Translations under genes and position numbers: made by a program
The notes under the pieces: generated by a model
The model's database searches: none
Told to the model about the DNA's origin: nothing
What the model saw: the letters and a program-made list of their open reading frames with translations, nothing else
DNA from: Botryllus schlosseri
Taxonomy: Eukaryota
NCBI GenBank assembly: GCA_051294905.1
Contig: CM119371.1
Coordinates: 4,466,001 to 4,530,000, forward strand
Length of the DNA: 64,000 bases
Direction of reading: 5' to 3'
Shown here: positions 51,636 through 64,000 of the stretch, in pieces
Layout: every line of letters starts with the position of its first letter
Numbering within the stretch: position 1 is the first letter of the stretch

Positions 51636-54600
51636 AGAGAGAGAGAGAGAATTTATTCGGTCCATGAACATTGATAATACACATGTAGATAAATACAAAG
51701 CAAAGTATATATAATTCAGAACCAGGCTGTAGCGAAGGGATCGGGAGATCATCAAGTCAGCTACAGCCTGAAAGGATGGTTGTAATATGAAACTTATCAC
51801 ATATATAACACATTTGCAAGCAAAAAATATAACATACGCAATGTATCAGAAACAGATGAAAAACTAAGTGGGATCACAGTAGGTAACCTGAATAGACGAG
51901 ATAAAACAATTGCACTGGCTACAGGAACACAAACTAGGCAAAGAGATGCTGATTGACACATTTATTAAGAATGTTCATATTTTCCTACAAGATATTCGTG
52001 AAACATTTGTTTAAAGATATGGAGTGGTTTATCTTTAATATGGGGTGGAATGGAGCTCCATATACGAGGACCTTGGAAACTGATAGTCTTAGGATGTTCT
52101 CGGGGTAAGAATAGATTCATAGAAGAGCCTCGGGTATTGTGTGAATGGTGACTGGTGAGATGAGTGAAATAGTCTAGGAAGATTTCTGGTAGGCTCTCAT
52201 TGTAGTAGCCGTGCATGAGCTTACCTATTTCATAAAAGTGGATATCTTCAACTTTTAAGATGTTCAAGCGACTATATAAAGGATTTACACTATCTCTGCG
52301 ATTGGCGAGACAAGTCAATTTAATTGCTTTATTCTGCAGGCTTTTAATCCGATTCAAGTAATTGGCTTTAGCTGAACCCCACAATACGACCCCATAAGTC
52401 AAGTGCGAGTGGAAGAGTGTGTGATATATTGTTAGTCGTGTGGAAAGTGGTAATAGGAAACGAACTTTTCTTAAGATTCCTATGGCTTTCGATAGTTTAA
52501 TGCAAATTGAATTAATGTGATCACCCCAGGATAGCTTATTATCTATAATTATGCCAAGATAGGATAGAGACGTCTGGAAAGTAAGTCTTTCATTGTTGAG
52601 CTTCACTACTATGTCTTTTGGAGTACCTTTCCCAAAGAACATACAGTGTGTTTTTGAAGTATTTATTGTTAGTCTATTGCTACACATCCAGTCATATATT
52701 TTTATTAGATTTGCATTACATGAATACTCAAGGTCAGCTGTATTACAAGATGAGAGCATGAGAGATGTATCATCTGCAAACAGTTGAATTGTGAAGTCCG
52801 ATACATTGTCTATATCATTAATATAAATTAAAAATAGGAAAGGACCCAGAACTGATCCTTGAGGTACACCCATTTCAATTTCGAGCTTATCTGTTGAGAC
52901 TTCACCATTTTTAACAAATTGCCATCTATTACATAAATAGGACTGTAGTAGCTTATACATGTTACCCCTAACTCCATAGTGAGATAATTTCTCCAAGAGT
53001 ATTGATCTATCCACTGTATCAAATGCCTTTTTTAGATCTAGAAAGATGCAGATGGTGGATAGATTACTGAAAAGGTTTTTAGAGATGTTATTTATACTAT
53101 CTATAAATGCATGCTGGGTGGAGTGACGCTCTCTGAAACCAAATTGTTTTCTGGATATTATGCTAAATTTCTCAACGAAGCAAGTTAGCCTTTTAAGTAT
53201 TAATTTTTCTATTATTTTAGAAAAAATAGGCAAAATAGAGATTGGTCTATAATTGGTGAGATCTTTAGGATTGCATTTCTTCAGAACAGGCGTGACTCTG
53301 GCTACTTTCAAAATATCAGGGAAGATCCCAAGCTCGAAGCATTTATTGATCAGTTTAGTGAGTATAGGTAATATTGTATATACGATCTCTTTCAGAATAA
53401 AGACTGGAATACCATCTGGGCCTGTGGCTGTATCATTCTTAAATGAGTGAACTATCGCGATGACTTCATTCTCAACGACTGGCTGGACAAAGATAGAGTT
53501 CTGTTGTGGTTTATCGAGATATTTCTTGTAGTTATTGGTAGGCACATGTTTGTCAGCAAGGTTTCTGCCAATATTTGCAAAGTATTGGTTGAAAGCCTTG
53601 CATATGTCAAGTTCAGATGTCACGGTTGTATTGTCTATGCTGATTTTAGTTGGAATTTTTTTTTGCTCAGTTGATTTAAAAAGTTTATTAAAGAGCCCCC
53701 ATGTTTTTGTTTGATCACCTTGGTTCTTATAAAATTGATCCTTGTAATAGTTGCTCTTCGACTTTTTCTTCAATTTGGTTAATATATTTGTGTAATTTTT
53801 ATACAATTCCACTTTGCTATCTACACCGGAAAGAAAATGACTCTTGTAGAGTTTGCGTCGAGTCGCTATTGAGATTCGGATTGCAGAGGTCAGCCATGGT
53901 TTATTTGCGTATCTCATCTCCCTGCGAGTTTTTTTGCGGAGAGGTGCATGTTTTACAATTAGGGAGTTGATGGTATTAATTAGAGATGAAAAGTTATTGT
54001 TTATATCATCAGTTTGAGTTCTACTTTCGACTTCAAGGTCATTTATTGCATCAAAAAGTTCATTCGAGAAGTTGTCCTCCGAGAGATTTCTATAGTTACG
54101 AGTGTAGGCTATTTTGTGTTTCACTCCTACTGATGCATTCATGATTTTACAGAAAGTTGGTAAGTGATCAGATATATCGCTTCTTAATATTCCGGATTGG
54201 TGCTCGACCTGATTGTTGGTGAATATGAGGTCAATTAGTGTCTGTGAGTTATGAGTTATTCTAGTTGGATCTTTAATTAATGAAAGACACGAGAAACATG
54301 ATATTAGGTTGGACAGATCCACAGAATATTTGTTATCTGATTTAAGGAGGTCTATGTTGAAGTCTCCCAACAAGTAAAAAGTTTTTTGTTGTAGGGTCAA
54401 CTTCTCGAAGCAATTTTCCATTGCATCTATGAATTGAGCCATCGATTGGTGAGGGTGTCTGTAGATTGCACCTATTATGATGTTTTCTCTCTTTTTGTTT
54501 TTCACCAAAGTTATTTCAATCCACAGGTCTTCACAGCCTTGAAGATTCAGGCCAAACTCTGAAGTGATATGGAATTGGACATTGTTCCTAATATAGAACC

Positions 54601-55320
54601 CCACTCCACCCACTACTGTGGGAGAATTTGCATTGATAAATGTATATCCATCAATATGGACGTCAAAAGGAAGGACAGTAGATAATCTCGTTTCACTTAT
54701 GGCGAGTATGTCAGGATGTCTAGAAAACTCAGAAATTAACGAAGTGACTAAGCCACTGTTTTTAGGAAGTGATCTTACATTAGCATGTAGCATAGTAATA
54801 TAAGGGCTATCATCAGTAGGAGCATTAAATTCTTCTATACTATAATAATTAGAGAATCCCTTAGGTAGGTCAGAGCTAGATAAATTTTTGACATAAGATA
54901 ATTCCCTAGTTAGTTGCATGTTGTCAAGTGATGAAAATGGTAACTCCGAGTTTAGGCATTGGCAGCAATAATAATACTCATCAGTAGTTCCGATAAGATT
55001 GAATTGCGGTGTCGTCAGTTTGGTGCACTTCAAATGAGTCCAGTAGTCACAGATATCACAGCAAATGCAAGGCTGATTTGACTTGCATGGTTTGTGGCAA
55101 GAGCCACAAGGAAATAATGAGTAATGAGTAATGAGTATGCAACGCGCGATGATCAAGCTTTCGCAAGCGCCGTATATCGAATTGACTACACGGTACAGAC
55201 ACACCTCTATCGCACCCATTCACGATGCGTAAATCGGTGAATCGATGTCTGTCTTGTTGTAAACTGGAGTACTAGACATACGGCACTTTCGAAAGCGTTA
55301 CGAAAGCGCGCGATGCGTGT
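51636..55320 (-). mobile_element. Apparently full-length CR1/L2-group non-LTR retrotransposon
   Basis: Single long ORF, a 3' UTR ending AATAAAT(TC)n, and a possible AGTAG TSD at 51631-51635 and 55321-55325. Confidence 0.9.
51965..55219 (-). CDS. PHD finger + AP endonuclease + reverse transcriptase (1084 aa)
   Basis: PHD: CGSC...CICCDIC..WTHLKC...CCQC. APE motifs: NVRSL, ISET, GDFN, SDH. RT motifs: YRPISIL, QFGFR, FLDLKKAFD, GVPQGSVLGP, LFADD, YLG. The frame is uninterrupted. Confidence 0.96.
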   Translation of the reverse strand: MGAIEVCLYRVVNSIYGACESLIIARCILITHYSLFPCGSCHKPCKSNQPCICCDICDYWTHLKCTKLTTPQFNLIGTTDEYYYCCQCLNSELPFSSLDNMQLTRELSYVKNLSSSDLPKGFSNYYSIEEFNAPTDDSPYITMLHANVRSLPKNSGLVTSLISEFSRHPDILAISETRLSTVLPFDVHIDGYTFINANSPTVVGGVGFYIRNNVQFHITSEFGLNLQGCEDLWIEITLVKNKKRENIIIGAIYRHPHQSMAQFIDAMENCFEKLTLQQKTFYLLGDFNIDLLKSDNKYSVDLSNLISCFSCLSLIKDPTRITHNSQTLIDLIFTNNQVEHQSGILRSDISDHLPTFCKIMNASVGVKHKIAYTRNYRNLSEDNFSNELFDAINDLEVESRTQTDDINNNFSSLINTINSLIVKHAPLRKKTRREMRYANKPWLTSAIRISIATRRKLYKSHFLSGVDSKVELYKNYTNILTKLKKKSKSNYYKDQFYKNQGDQTKTWGLFNKLFKSTEQKKIPTKISIDNTTVTSELDICKAFNQYFANIGRNLADKHVPTNNYKKYLDKPQQNSIFVQPVVENEVIAIVHSFKNDTATGPDGIPVFILKEIVYTILPILTKLINKCFELGIFPDILKVARVTPVLKKCNPKDLTNYRPISILPIFSKIIEKLILKRLTCFVEKFSIISRKQFGFRERHSTQHAFIDSINNISKNLFSNLSTICIFLDLKKAFDTVDRSILLEKLSHYGVRGNMYKLLQSYLCNRWQFVKNGEVSTDKLEIEMGVPQGSVLGPFLFLIYINDIDNVSDFTIQLFADDTSLMLSSCNTADLEYSCNANLIKIYDWMCSNRLTINTSKTHCMFFGKGTPKDIVVKLNNERLTFQTSLSYLGIIIDNKLSWGDHINSICIKLSKAIGILRKVRFLLPLSTRLTIYHTLFHSHLTYGVVLWGSAKANYLNRIKSLQNKAIKLTCLANRRDSVNPLYSRLNILKVEDIHFYEIGKLMHGYYNESLPEIFLDYFTHLTSHHSHNTRGSSMNLFLPREHPKTISFQGPRIWSSIPPHIKDKPLHIFKQMFHEYLVGKYEHS

Positions 55321-58300
55321 AGTAGGTTTGCAAATTAGCACAGCCTGGTAATTGGGTATTATGGGGAGTTGACAGTTAGTAGTAGTCAGGCTGCTCGTTA
55401 TAGATTAATTTGGTACGTTTTGCATTGCGATAATAGTGCTTTCCAGACTTGAGCACTTCTTCGATAGCACTTCTCCATCTCATTGCACGACTGATACATC
55501 ACTATAGATTATTGGTGCCTATAGTCAACTGTGCATCAAGAGACCGACACCATATGATTGTCAGACGAAACAAAAAGATTAGAAATAATATATCCTGCCA
55601 GGCATATCTTCTGTCTTCTTTTTAGCCGCCGTACAACCCTAAGGTGTCGCTATGCCTCCATAAGGTATGCCCAATGATTGGGTATGCCAGACCTCAGGTG
55701 TTCTGCTTTTCATATTCACTGTTGTTCAGTTCAGTTTAGCTGTTAGTTGTAGTTCTGATTTTCGAGTAGTTCAAATTCTAGGTCGTGATTTTGAACAGAG
55801 TCTAGTTATAGTTCTCGTTGTGCATTTAAAAGCAAATTAGGTCCCGATAAACTAAAACTTGAATCAGAAGTAGAGAACGTGTTGTCATCTAACGCGAATT
55901 GTGATGCCAGTGTTATATTGGGTGATGTGCTTGCAGCCATTGCTAGCTCGGAATCATCACTAGTAACAGTTGAGCAGCTATGAGGTGGTTTTCGATGGTC
56001 AAACCCGTCCCATTTCAAACTTGCACTGATGGTCAATGTTCATGCGGAAGATGATGTCTATTCGGGATTGAATCTAGTTGTGATTTATAGTTGGGAGAGT
56101 TTTTTCTAGCATGTCTAAAAGTGAGTGATTCGAATTTTGGTTACTCAATTTGAAAATCCAGTAGTTGTACAAGACTGATGGAGAACGGTGCTTTCTACAT
56201 GCATGTCTATCTTGACAAGGGCATGTAATAGAGTTTGCATAATGATATATCTTCAAAAAGGTTATGATACCGTGTACTGACATTCTCCAGCACTTGTTCA
56301 GTACGCCTTTACACATTAAGAAGTGACCCCATGTTCACCACCAATCGGCGTTCCCAAAAATACCATGACTGGTACACGAACGCAAATGAAATATCTGACA
56401 CTGTCACATTTTTGTTTTAGCGATCGGAAATGATGTATTGTTTGCGCACATTCAAAAGGTGCATTGCATTTCACAAGTGAAATGCAACTCAATTGGCGTG
56501 TCAATTAAGAGAGATAATCCAGGTGAAAGAGATGAGAAAATAGGGAGTACTTAAATATGAAGCAAAAACCATAACTGTCAGCATGTTCACGGGGTGCATT
56601 GATTGGAGGTAATCATGGGGAACATTCCCCAATGTGTGCAGTATACCAAAGAAGGTATTGCAGCATGTGCATAAGTTGGCTAATTTTCAAAATCTTCAAG
56701 CTTATTGTTGTCGTATAAAGCTTGTATCCCTGGACTGGAAGTATTGATGTTTGTCTCATGTTGTTGGGTTGAAGTTGCATTATGATTTGTGTTAGAAGCA
56801 TATAGAGCTGCTTAATTATGGTATCTTATGGTTGGTTCTTATATTCAAATTTTCCATGTTGAAAATGTCACTAGTACCGACGGGCACAATGATTCCAGTA
56901 CCGTACTCGAATGTAGTATTAATTGTGATAGTTCCAGTTGAGTATTTAAAGATGATTTTTTCAAGTACGGTAATGTAATCAGAAACTCCTTGATATGATA
57001 CTATTATTACTGCCATACATCAGTGATTGAATTGGTTGGAAGTAAAGCAATCAGTTATTATGAGCTGAATTTCTCTTTTTAAAATCCAAACACTTCCTTA
57101 TCATGTTTCTATCTAATTAGGAGGGTTATTACTATTTGAAAATTGGTTTGGTATTTTTCATGCTGCCAAGACAACGCTCGTAAAAATGATATGAGGAAAT
57201 ACAAATTAATTCATAGCGAGACTTACAAACGACTACTCACGAGATACTGGGTGACAGTCTATGTTTATTAGCACTACATCAGACTTGGACAACTAGATAA
57301 TTCGAGTTGTGTTATTAGACTAATTAGAGCAAAATAGTACAATAGTTATATAATTGGAATCTAATTTGTGAAATGTTAATGTGTTCTATTTCTAATCAAA
57401 TTTCTGCTCTTCATGAAAATGCTACTGGAGATCCGTGTTGTGCGAAATCGACTAAGCTCTGTTCACAGACATTTCCTATTCTCGATTTTATGGGACTGAA
57501 TTCTGATTTGATATCAATTGAGCTTCATTTTTTTGTATTTCTTTGTGATGTGGAATTTAATTCAATTTTGAAGCTTTTAAGAATTCAGTAATTTTTATTT
57601 AATTTAAAAACTAATTAAGTGTTGTTCTGAAATTCTTCAACGGTAATAATTTATTTATCCTGATATTATTTTGATTTAAAATTTTGTCATTGTGTCGTAA
57701 GATCCATCGATCATTAACAATGTTTGATGTTGACTGATCATCAGGCCTATGACCAAACAGAAAATATCTCTGACTTGAGTGTAACTGGTAAATGTCTATA
57801 GCTGTTAGCAGACTCGGACTTCGAGATATAGTTCTGAGATATAGTTCTAGTTGTTTCATCAGTTTAATTAGAGCAAAATGCCAGCAATCCAATCCTAATC
57901 TAATTTTGGCAATGTTACTTTGATTCTAATTTAATGTCTTGTTTTCCTGGAAATGCTACAGGTATAGTAGCTCTGTTCAATGTAAAACGAGTCAAGCTTG
58001 CTGTACATACATTTGCTATTCTCATACTTATGAGAATGGACTCTGATATGAAGTGAACTGGATTCAAGTTTTCACGAATCCAGATGCTTGTGATATATTT
58101 TGGAAAGAAATGTATCACTAGAATTCTAATCCAATTTCGACAAGCTTAAAATCTATTTGTCCAGGACTGCCTGTTACCTGTTAAGGTATTTTTTGAAAAG
58201 CACAAAGCAGGGTGAGGCCCTCAATGAGGACACATTTCGTAGAATGGCACTCTTTATTACATAGCACATTTTAATGTCTCCTATGGAACAGCATTTGAAA

Positions 58301-58528
58301 TTAAATTTCCATGTTCGCTAAGAAATGTCCAAGTCAGGGACTAAACCTAAATCGACTTACTACAGGCGCCGTAAAACCTGCGAAGAGTTGCTAATTTCGA
58401 ATTGTGTGTGGACAGGTTTAAGGTTAGCTGAAGTTGGTTTGTAGAATATTCAAGAGCCTGAAAAATGGTTGTTGCTCTCAACGCGATTTGCCTTCCAAGT
58501 ATTAGTAATTGATATGTGTAGTAGCAAG

Positions 58529-59985
58529 TAGGGTTGTCCATAATTGGGAAAATCTCAAAAAAGATGCGTATCCATGTCTCAATTTGTCTCATTCTGTAGA
58601 TAACTGATAAAAAACATCAATGAACCTGCAATAAGCTCATAGGAAAGTCGTTAACATTTGTCTAAATGCGTTTGAAAGTAGCTGCCGTAGAGTGGGCGTG
58701 TTAGCGACCATAGAACAGCGAGAAGACTAGTAATCACGAAATCATGTCTCTTGATTGGTTAATCAGCTATGCTTGAATGGTCACGACCACAGCGGCTTGC
58801 TGGTTATGTGCTTATACTAGTTCAAGAAGTTCACTAACGGCAATGATTCTGTAATCGCATTGTACGTTGGTGATTTAATAATTAAATGAGACATCTGGTC
58901 ATTGAATGTTTTAGTGTTAAAGCTAGGTACCCATAGCTTTAGTGCAACAATAACCTATTGCAGGCATGAAAGAGGCGAAACAGCGAATGATTATGAACTT
59001 ATAGAAGTAAGTATAGATACCAGAAATAGCCTACATATCTGATATGCTTGAGATTACACCAAGTGGTCCTGTTTTTCTGGGTGCAGGTAAGGTATATTAG
59101 GCATCGCCAAACTGGTGCAGCATACCATGTGATATGGATTCTGGACATAATCCTGTATGCTCAGAAGATATGTGGGCCGACCAGGTTGCTTAGATTGGAT
59201 TTCTGAAGAAGAGTGTAACTACCACACCGCTTCAATACATAATTTTTATGTCCATGTCCGGTATTGATTCAAGCATTAGTCGTGACGCAGCCGGTAACAA
59301 TCATTAAGGACATGCTAAGCAATGCAAGCAAACCGTCTTTTTTCTGGTCCTACCAGCATAGTCAGTGCTTATCTTTAGACCTCTTTTCGCGGCATCATTG
59401 AGGACTTTGACAGCACTTGTGGGTATGATTCATTATGCTGCAATAATCTGACGAGTACCAAGCATAAATGACAGATTCATCCAGCCCTTACAGCATTCAA
59501 GACTTCAATTATATACCACGACAACAGCCTAATAAGATCAGACAAATTAGTGTTAATGTCAAGCTCTATATTTGTATTCAATGATGGTACATCCCTCTGA
59601 AACTAGAAGTTCGTTTGCCACTTGCATAAACGCCTTTGCAATATTTTTCCACTTGTTTTTGTGCTTTCCATTAATGACATCAAGGCATACAGGCTACACC
59701 GGTTACCTTCACAATAAGCCATCATGTCATGTATTTAAAGATATTGTGAAGCAGCTGTTCTTTGTTCATCATGTGTTTCGTTACTTAACATGTTCTGAAT
59801 TAATCCTAAATCATGATTGGCAGACCAACCTACAATGCGCTTACAGAATCACCGCCGTTAGCCGATTCCTTGACCAGCTGACCGTGAGCTTATTGCAGGT
59901 TCATTGACGTTTCTCAACTATAATCTATAGAATGAGACATGGATACGCATAGATTTTGAGATTTTCCAAATTATGGACAACCCTA
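58529..59985. mobile_element. Degenerate hAT-like element
   Basis: ~60-bp inverted ends TAGGGTTGTCCATAATT...AATTATGGACAACCCTA. ATGTGTAG directly follows the right end and occurs 7 bp upstream of the left end. Confidence 0.78.
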
Positions 59986-60493
59986 ATGTGTAGTCCGATA
60001 TCAAATTATTATTATTTTTTCAATCACACGAAGTCACGCTGAGCCAGTCTCGGGGGTACGCTGGGGTCAAGACATACACCAGACTCACACAGCAGAAGTC
60101 GCCCATGTTTGCAGTAAATTAATATCTTTTTTTGTGAAAAATCATTAATAATAATGTTTCTTTAATTTTCACGTTGTTGTTTATGCACAGTTCATTTTGC
60201 GCACCAGTATTCTATAGTAATGCATCAGTTGTGTAATGAAATAGATTTTGATTTTCGTGATTTCGTGTTTCCGTCGTTTATGACGTCATAATGACGTATT
60301 TGACATTAACCTATGCGAGGCTTAATAGCAAATGCTATTATATTAGACATTATCAGCCAGGGTTAATGGGATTCATGGAATTGTTTTTACACCACCATGC
60401 AGTTACAAGAAGAACAACACAATGAAATAACAGCAAAAAAAAAACGTCAATTGTTTTAATGCGATGGCTGCATTTGCTTATTTTCCACTAGCT

Positions 60494-60793
60494 CAGCGGT
60501 TCTCAAACTTTTTTAGACACGCTCCCGTTTATGATGGTGAAAAATTCCGCGCCCCCTTATCGTCATATCACCAAATGCAACCGGAATGCTAGCAATACCA
60601 AAGAATAATTTGACAGTATGGAAGGTTATGACAAGTTGATGAGAGAATTCTCAAATATGAAATTAGGACTATACACAGAGCAAAAGCAATGAATTGGGGG
60701 TAAATCGTGCGAAGCGCGAAAAATTTTTTCAGTAGGCTGTAGCTTCGCGCCCCCCTTCAGATGCTTTCACGCCCCCCAGTTTAAGAACCACTG
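60494..60793. mobile_element. 300-bp hAT MITE
   Basis: TIRs CAGCGGTTCT...AGAACCACTG. Exact TSD CACTAGCT. Confidence 0.92.
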
Positions 60794-61383
60794 CACTAGC
60801 TGGTCTATGTGTGACATATGTTTGCTCACAGCGCATCGAAAGTCATGCATGGGCCCAACAAGTCGGTTTCGTTTCGACTTGATGGTCATCAGAGATGAAA
60901 ATGCTTGCTCGCACTCCCGTAGAAGGTAAAATTAGCAGCTGGGAATAGAATGAGAAGCTAGAATAGAGTACGAGGAGGCCATGCTAAGCCTGAAGTTTAT
61001 TGGAGAAAATCTTTGTGTTCAACCACACCTTAACTAATAACTTTCTGCGGTCGAAAAAAACACAGAATTTACTCGCGTACCACCTGGAAGACCTTCGCGT
61101 ACCACTAGTGATACGTTTAACGCAGAGCGAATGTTTGTAGTTGTATAATTGTATATCTGACTCCAAGAAGGTTGCGTTTACAATTCGCTGCGTGTTTCTT
61201 CTTTCGTTCGACGGACCGGCTAACCACGCCGTACGGCCTTGTTGGCTGACGTACCACGGAGCCTGTCTATTGCACACGTATTCGATGGATCACACTGACG
61301 AATATATTTTGTTTCCGTCTCCCCGACTTGTAACTTTATTGAATATCACGTACGTTCAAAATGCAATTAGCAAAGTACTTATA

Positions 61384-61497
61384 AATGTCTATCGACTTCC
61401 GAACCAGCGACATATTCATGAATGTATATCGACCTCCGAACCTGCTACTAATCATGAATGTATATCAACTTCCGAACCAGCTGATAATCACCAATGC
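61384..61497. repeat. 36-bp tandem repeat, three copies
   Basis: Three units of AATGTATATCGACTTCCGAACCAGC..., reading HECISTSEPA in frame. Confidence 0.8.
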
Positions 61498-63230
61498 ATG
61501 CACCAATGCACGTGGTATTACACACGTACATCTCGAATATCCACGAGCGATTACTGACTATTATTAAAATGGCATTATACCAATATATTTCGTTAAAATA
61601 CGCGTACCACAGGTTGGGCTCGTTAAGTTAGTTAGAAAAGGTCATGGAGCACTGTTATAAAGAGTTATAGCTTTCACAATACCTTGCCTTTTGATTTCAT
61701 GATAAGTGGGTGGTGAAAGTTTTTAATATTAATATTGAGGTGGTGTGTCTTGAAAAGTTGTAAAACTACTGTTCTAGAAGATATCTATTCTGCATGCTGC
61801 CAACGTTCCTGCTTGTATTACAGTGATTTGGGGTGTATTGACTGACTGGTGGGGTTGTTTCAAAATCACTTTTATTTTCAAATTTTACTGGCTAGTTGAT
61901 GAAATTGCCAAGTTTGTTAAATAAAAAAGCTATTTGGGTAGAAAATTATTGATTTTTGACAACAATCAAAAATTTCATTGAAATTGTACTGGCTTCCATA
62001 TGGAATGATAAATTTGTCTACAAAAATATTAAAAGATGCATAGTGCATACGCCTCAATTCTAAGACATAGAAGTGGTATGGTACGAAATGTTGGATTAGG
62101 AAACATAATACTATTTCCGATTATAAATTCCATCTTCAAAACTGGATTGAGCAGGTTCATGAGGCTGTATTATTGCACAGTTGCAGAGTTAACTAGGCCT
62201 TATGAAACGAAAACAATATTTGGATCCCGCGATGCTAAATTTTTGGTGAGCTTCAAAGATGAGCTGAAAGCGCTACAATAGTGATAGGGCTGGGCAAGGG
62301 CGTAGCCAGAAAAAATATTTGGGGGGGGCGAAAAATTTGATGACGTAAATAAGCCCATCCCGCTTAAAGACAAGAAAAAAAATAGGTCAAAACGATGGTG
62401 TTGGGCCCTTATTGGATGATTAACACAACATCTCCACTCCTACATACAGTGATGTGATAACAGAATGATTGCGGAAAACTCGGGGGTTAACACTTCCGCG
62501 CGAAGCGCGAAAATTTTTCATGGTCAATGAATGAAATTGGTTCATTATATTGTCCCTCGCATATTGCAAATACGTTGTCATTACCAGATTTACCGGTAGA
62601 GCTGATAGAACTGCTGTCATCTAAGGGCGCACACTTGAACTATATGTTCATACCATACGGCAAGACTATTTAGAGCAGTGGTTCTCAACCGAGGGTCCGC
62701 AAAGCATTTTCAAGGGGTAAGCGAAACCTCCAAACTTGCAAAATGGTTGATAACCTAATTTTTAGTTTGGCTCAAATTAGAGAAATCTCGAAGCACTTTC
62801 GCTTCATAACTGTTAAAACTTCAGGACTCACGCAAATGGCCGTCTGAGATGAAATATTCCACTGTGCCATAAGTCATTTTAATTGCCAATCGCCTACTTA
62901 TACTAACATATTGATGTTTAGGGATGTATTGTTGGGGTTTTGGAAAAAATTGTTTGCAGAGATCCATTCTCTCCTATGATAGATAAGACCGCTATTCCAG
63001 CATAACTTCACGATGAGCTGCTAGATAGAAATGACTAGGCTGGAGGTTATATTGGTCCATGTATGTTACCATAATAGCCAAAGGTGTCGTCGGAAGCGTA
63101 CGCGTTATGATTACATCCGCCACCACCTATCTTTGTGGAAATGGATTTTCGGCACTTGTTCATATCAAATCGACGACGCGGATTTTCAAGACATGGCCCT
63201 ATGAGTTCAGGGGAGCTCCCCCGTGAGAAC

Positions 63231-63800
63231 TAGAGGTCGACCGATATTGATTTTTACAGGCCGATACCGATACCGATATATCGGCCACTCACAAGGCCGA
63301 TACCGATATCATAGGCCGATATTAATATGGACTAAGCAGAGAACAATTTCACCAAAAATATTATATATTAGGCAAGATGGCACTTGTTCATGCCACAGAA
63401 AGCTGAACAACAAACGAGAAAACTGAAATTGAAAAGAATTATTCCTTAATTGTGCACATTCGATGAAATTTGGGATAACCAAAAAAGCAAAATATGATAC
63501 AGAATTGCAGATCAGTTCAGAAAAGATAGATTGTAATGCAGGAAGCATAGTTTCTCTGCATGCTCATTGCTCACCCAGCTAAACTCGTCCTGCAAGGGTA
63601 AATCTGTCATATATTGCCCTTTGCGTCGTCGATTTCTTGAGATTGAAAACACGGAGCATTGAATTTCCGAAATTTTTGAATGTTTTTTAAATATAAAATA
63701 TCGGCCGCGATATCGGCCTTCATTGGCCGATACCGATAATCGGGAAAGCTCTAAATATCGGCCTCGATAATCGGCCATGTCGATAATCGGTCGACCTCTA
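63231..63800. mobile_element. hAT MITE with CCGATA subterminal repeats
   Basis: TIRs TAGAGGTCGACCGAT...ATCGGTCGACCTCTA. Exact TSD GTGAGAAC. Confidence 0.94.
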
Positions 63801-64000
63801 GTGAGAACACCTCGCAGAACCGTACATCCTGCCATGGGCAATTTCATCACTACCCTTTATCCATACGATTCCTAGACGCACCTACACACACACACATACA
63901 CCCTATGGAAGCATCCAGTTGCCAACTATAGCCTGTATAAGGCGATCTTTTCACGGACGAACCCAAATCGCTGACATTAAGTGATGAACAATCAGTGTTT

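Larger units (their letters stand above)
51478..55440. mobile_element. Foldback MITE (~100-bp imperfect inverted arms) interrupted by the LINE
   Basis: AGCACTATTATCCCAATGCAAAA...CCCATAATACCCA on the left is inverted at ~55353-55440. Confidence 0.7.

Noticed and set aside
56074..57016. Chain of short minus-strand ORFs suggesting a decayed coding region
   Set aside because: No recognisable motif or consistent frame could be established by eye; a BLASTx search is needed.

Overview
AT-rich, intron-containing eukaryotic DNA, most likely from a marine invertebrate (inferred from the repeat families; the species cannot be determined here). It is dominated by transposable elements and decayed gene duplicates. 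Contents: (1) about 0.35-4.5 kb, a degenerate minus-strand multi-exon gene with tentative RHIM-like, NB-ARC and TPR features. (2) Many non-autonomous hAT elements with exact 8-bp target-site duplications (TSDs). (3) 11.1-19.3 kb, a five-level transposon nest (hAT > hAT > hAT > Penelope > P element, plus Chapaev3-like > hAT). Its Penelope repeats carry a minimal hammerhead-ribozyme motif with a U3:A8 core. (4) 28.0-45.6 kb, a scrambled tandem cluster of Polo-like kinase 1 pseudo-exons in which no DFG/activation-loop exon is recognisable. (5) A C2H2 zinc-finger array with 84-bp units, a non-canonical linker and one frameshift. (6) An apparently full-length single-ORF PHD-APE-RT LINE with an intact reading frame. 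Protein identifications come from manual translation and recalled family motifs, not database searches.
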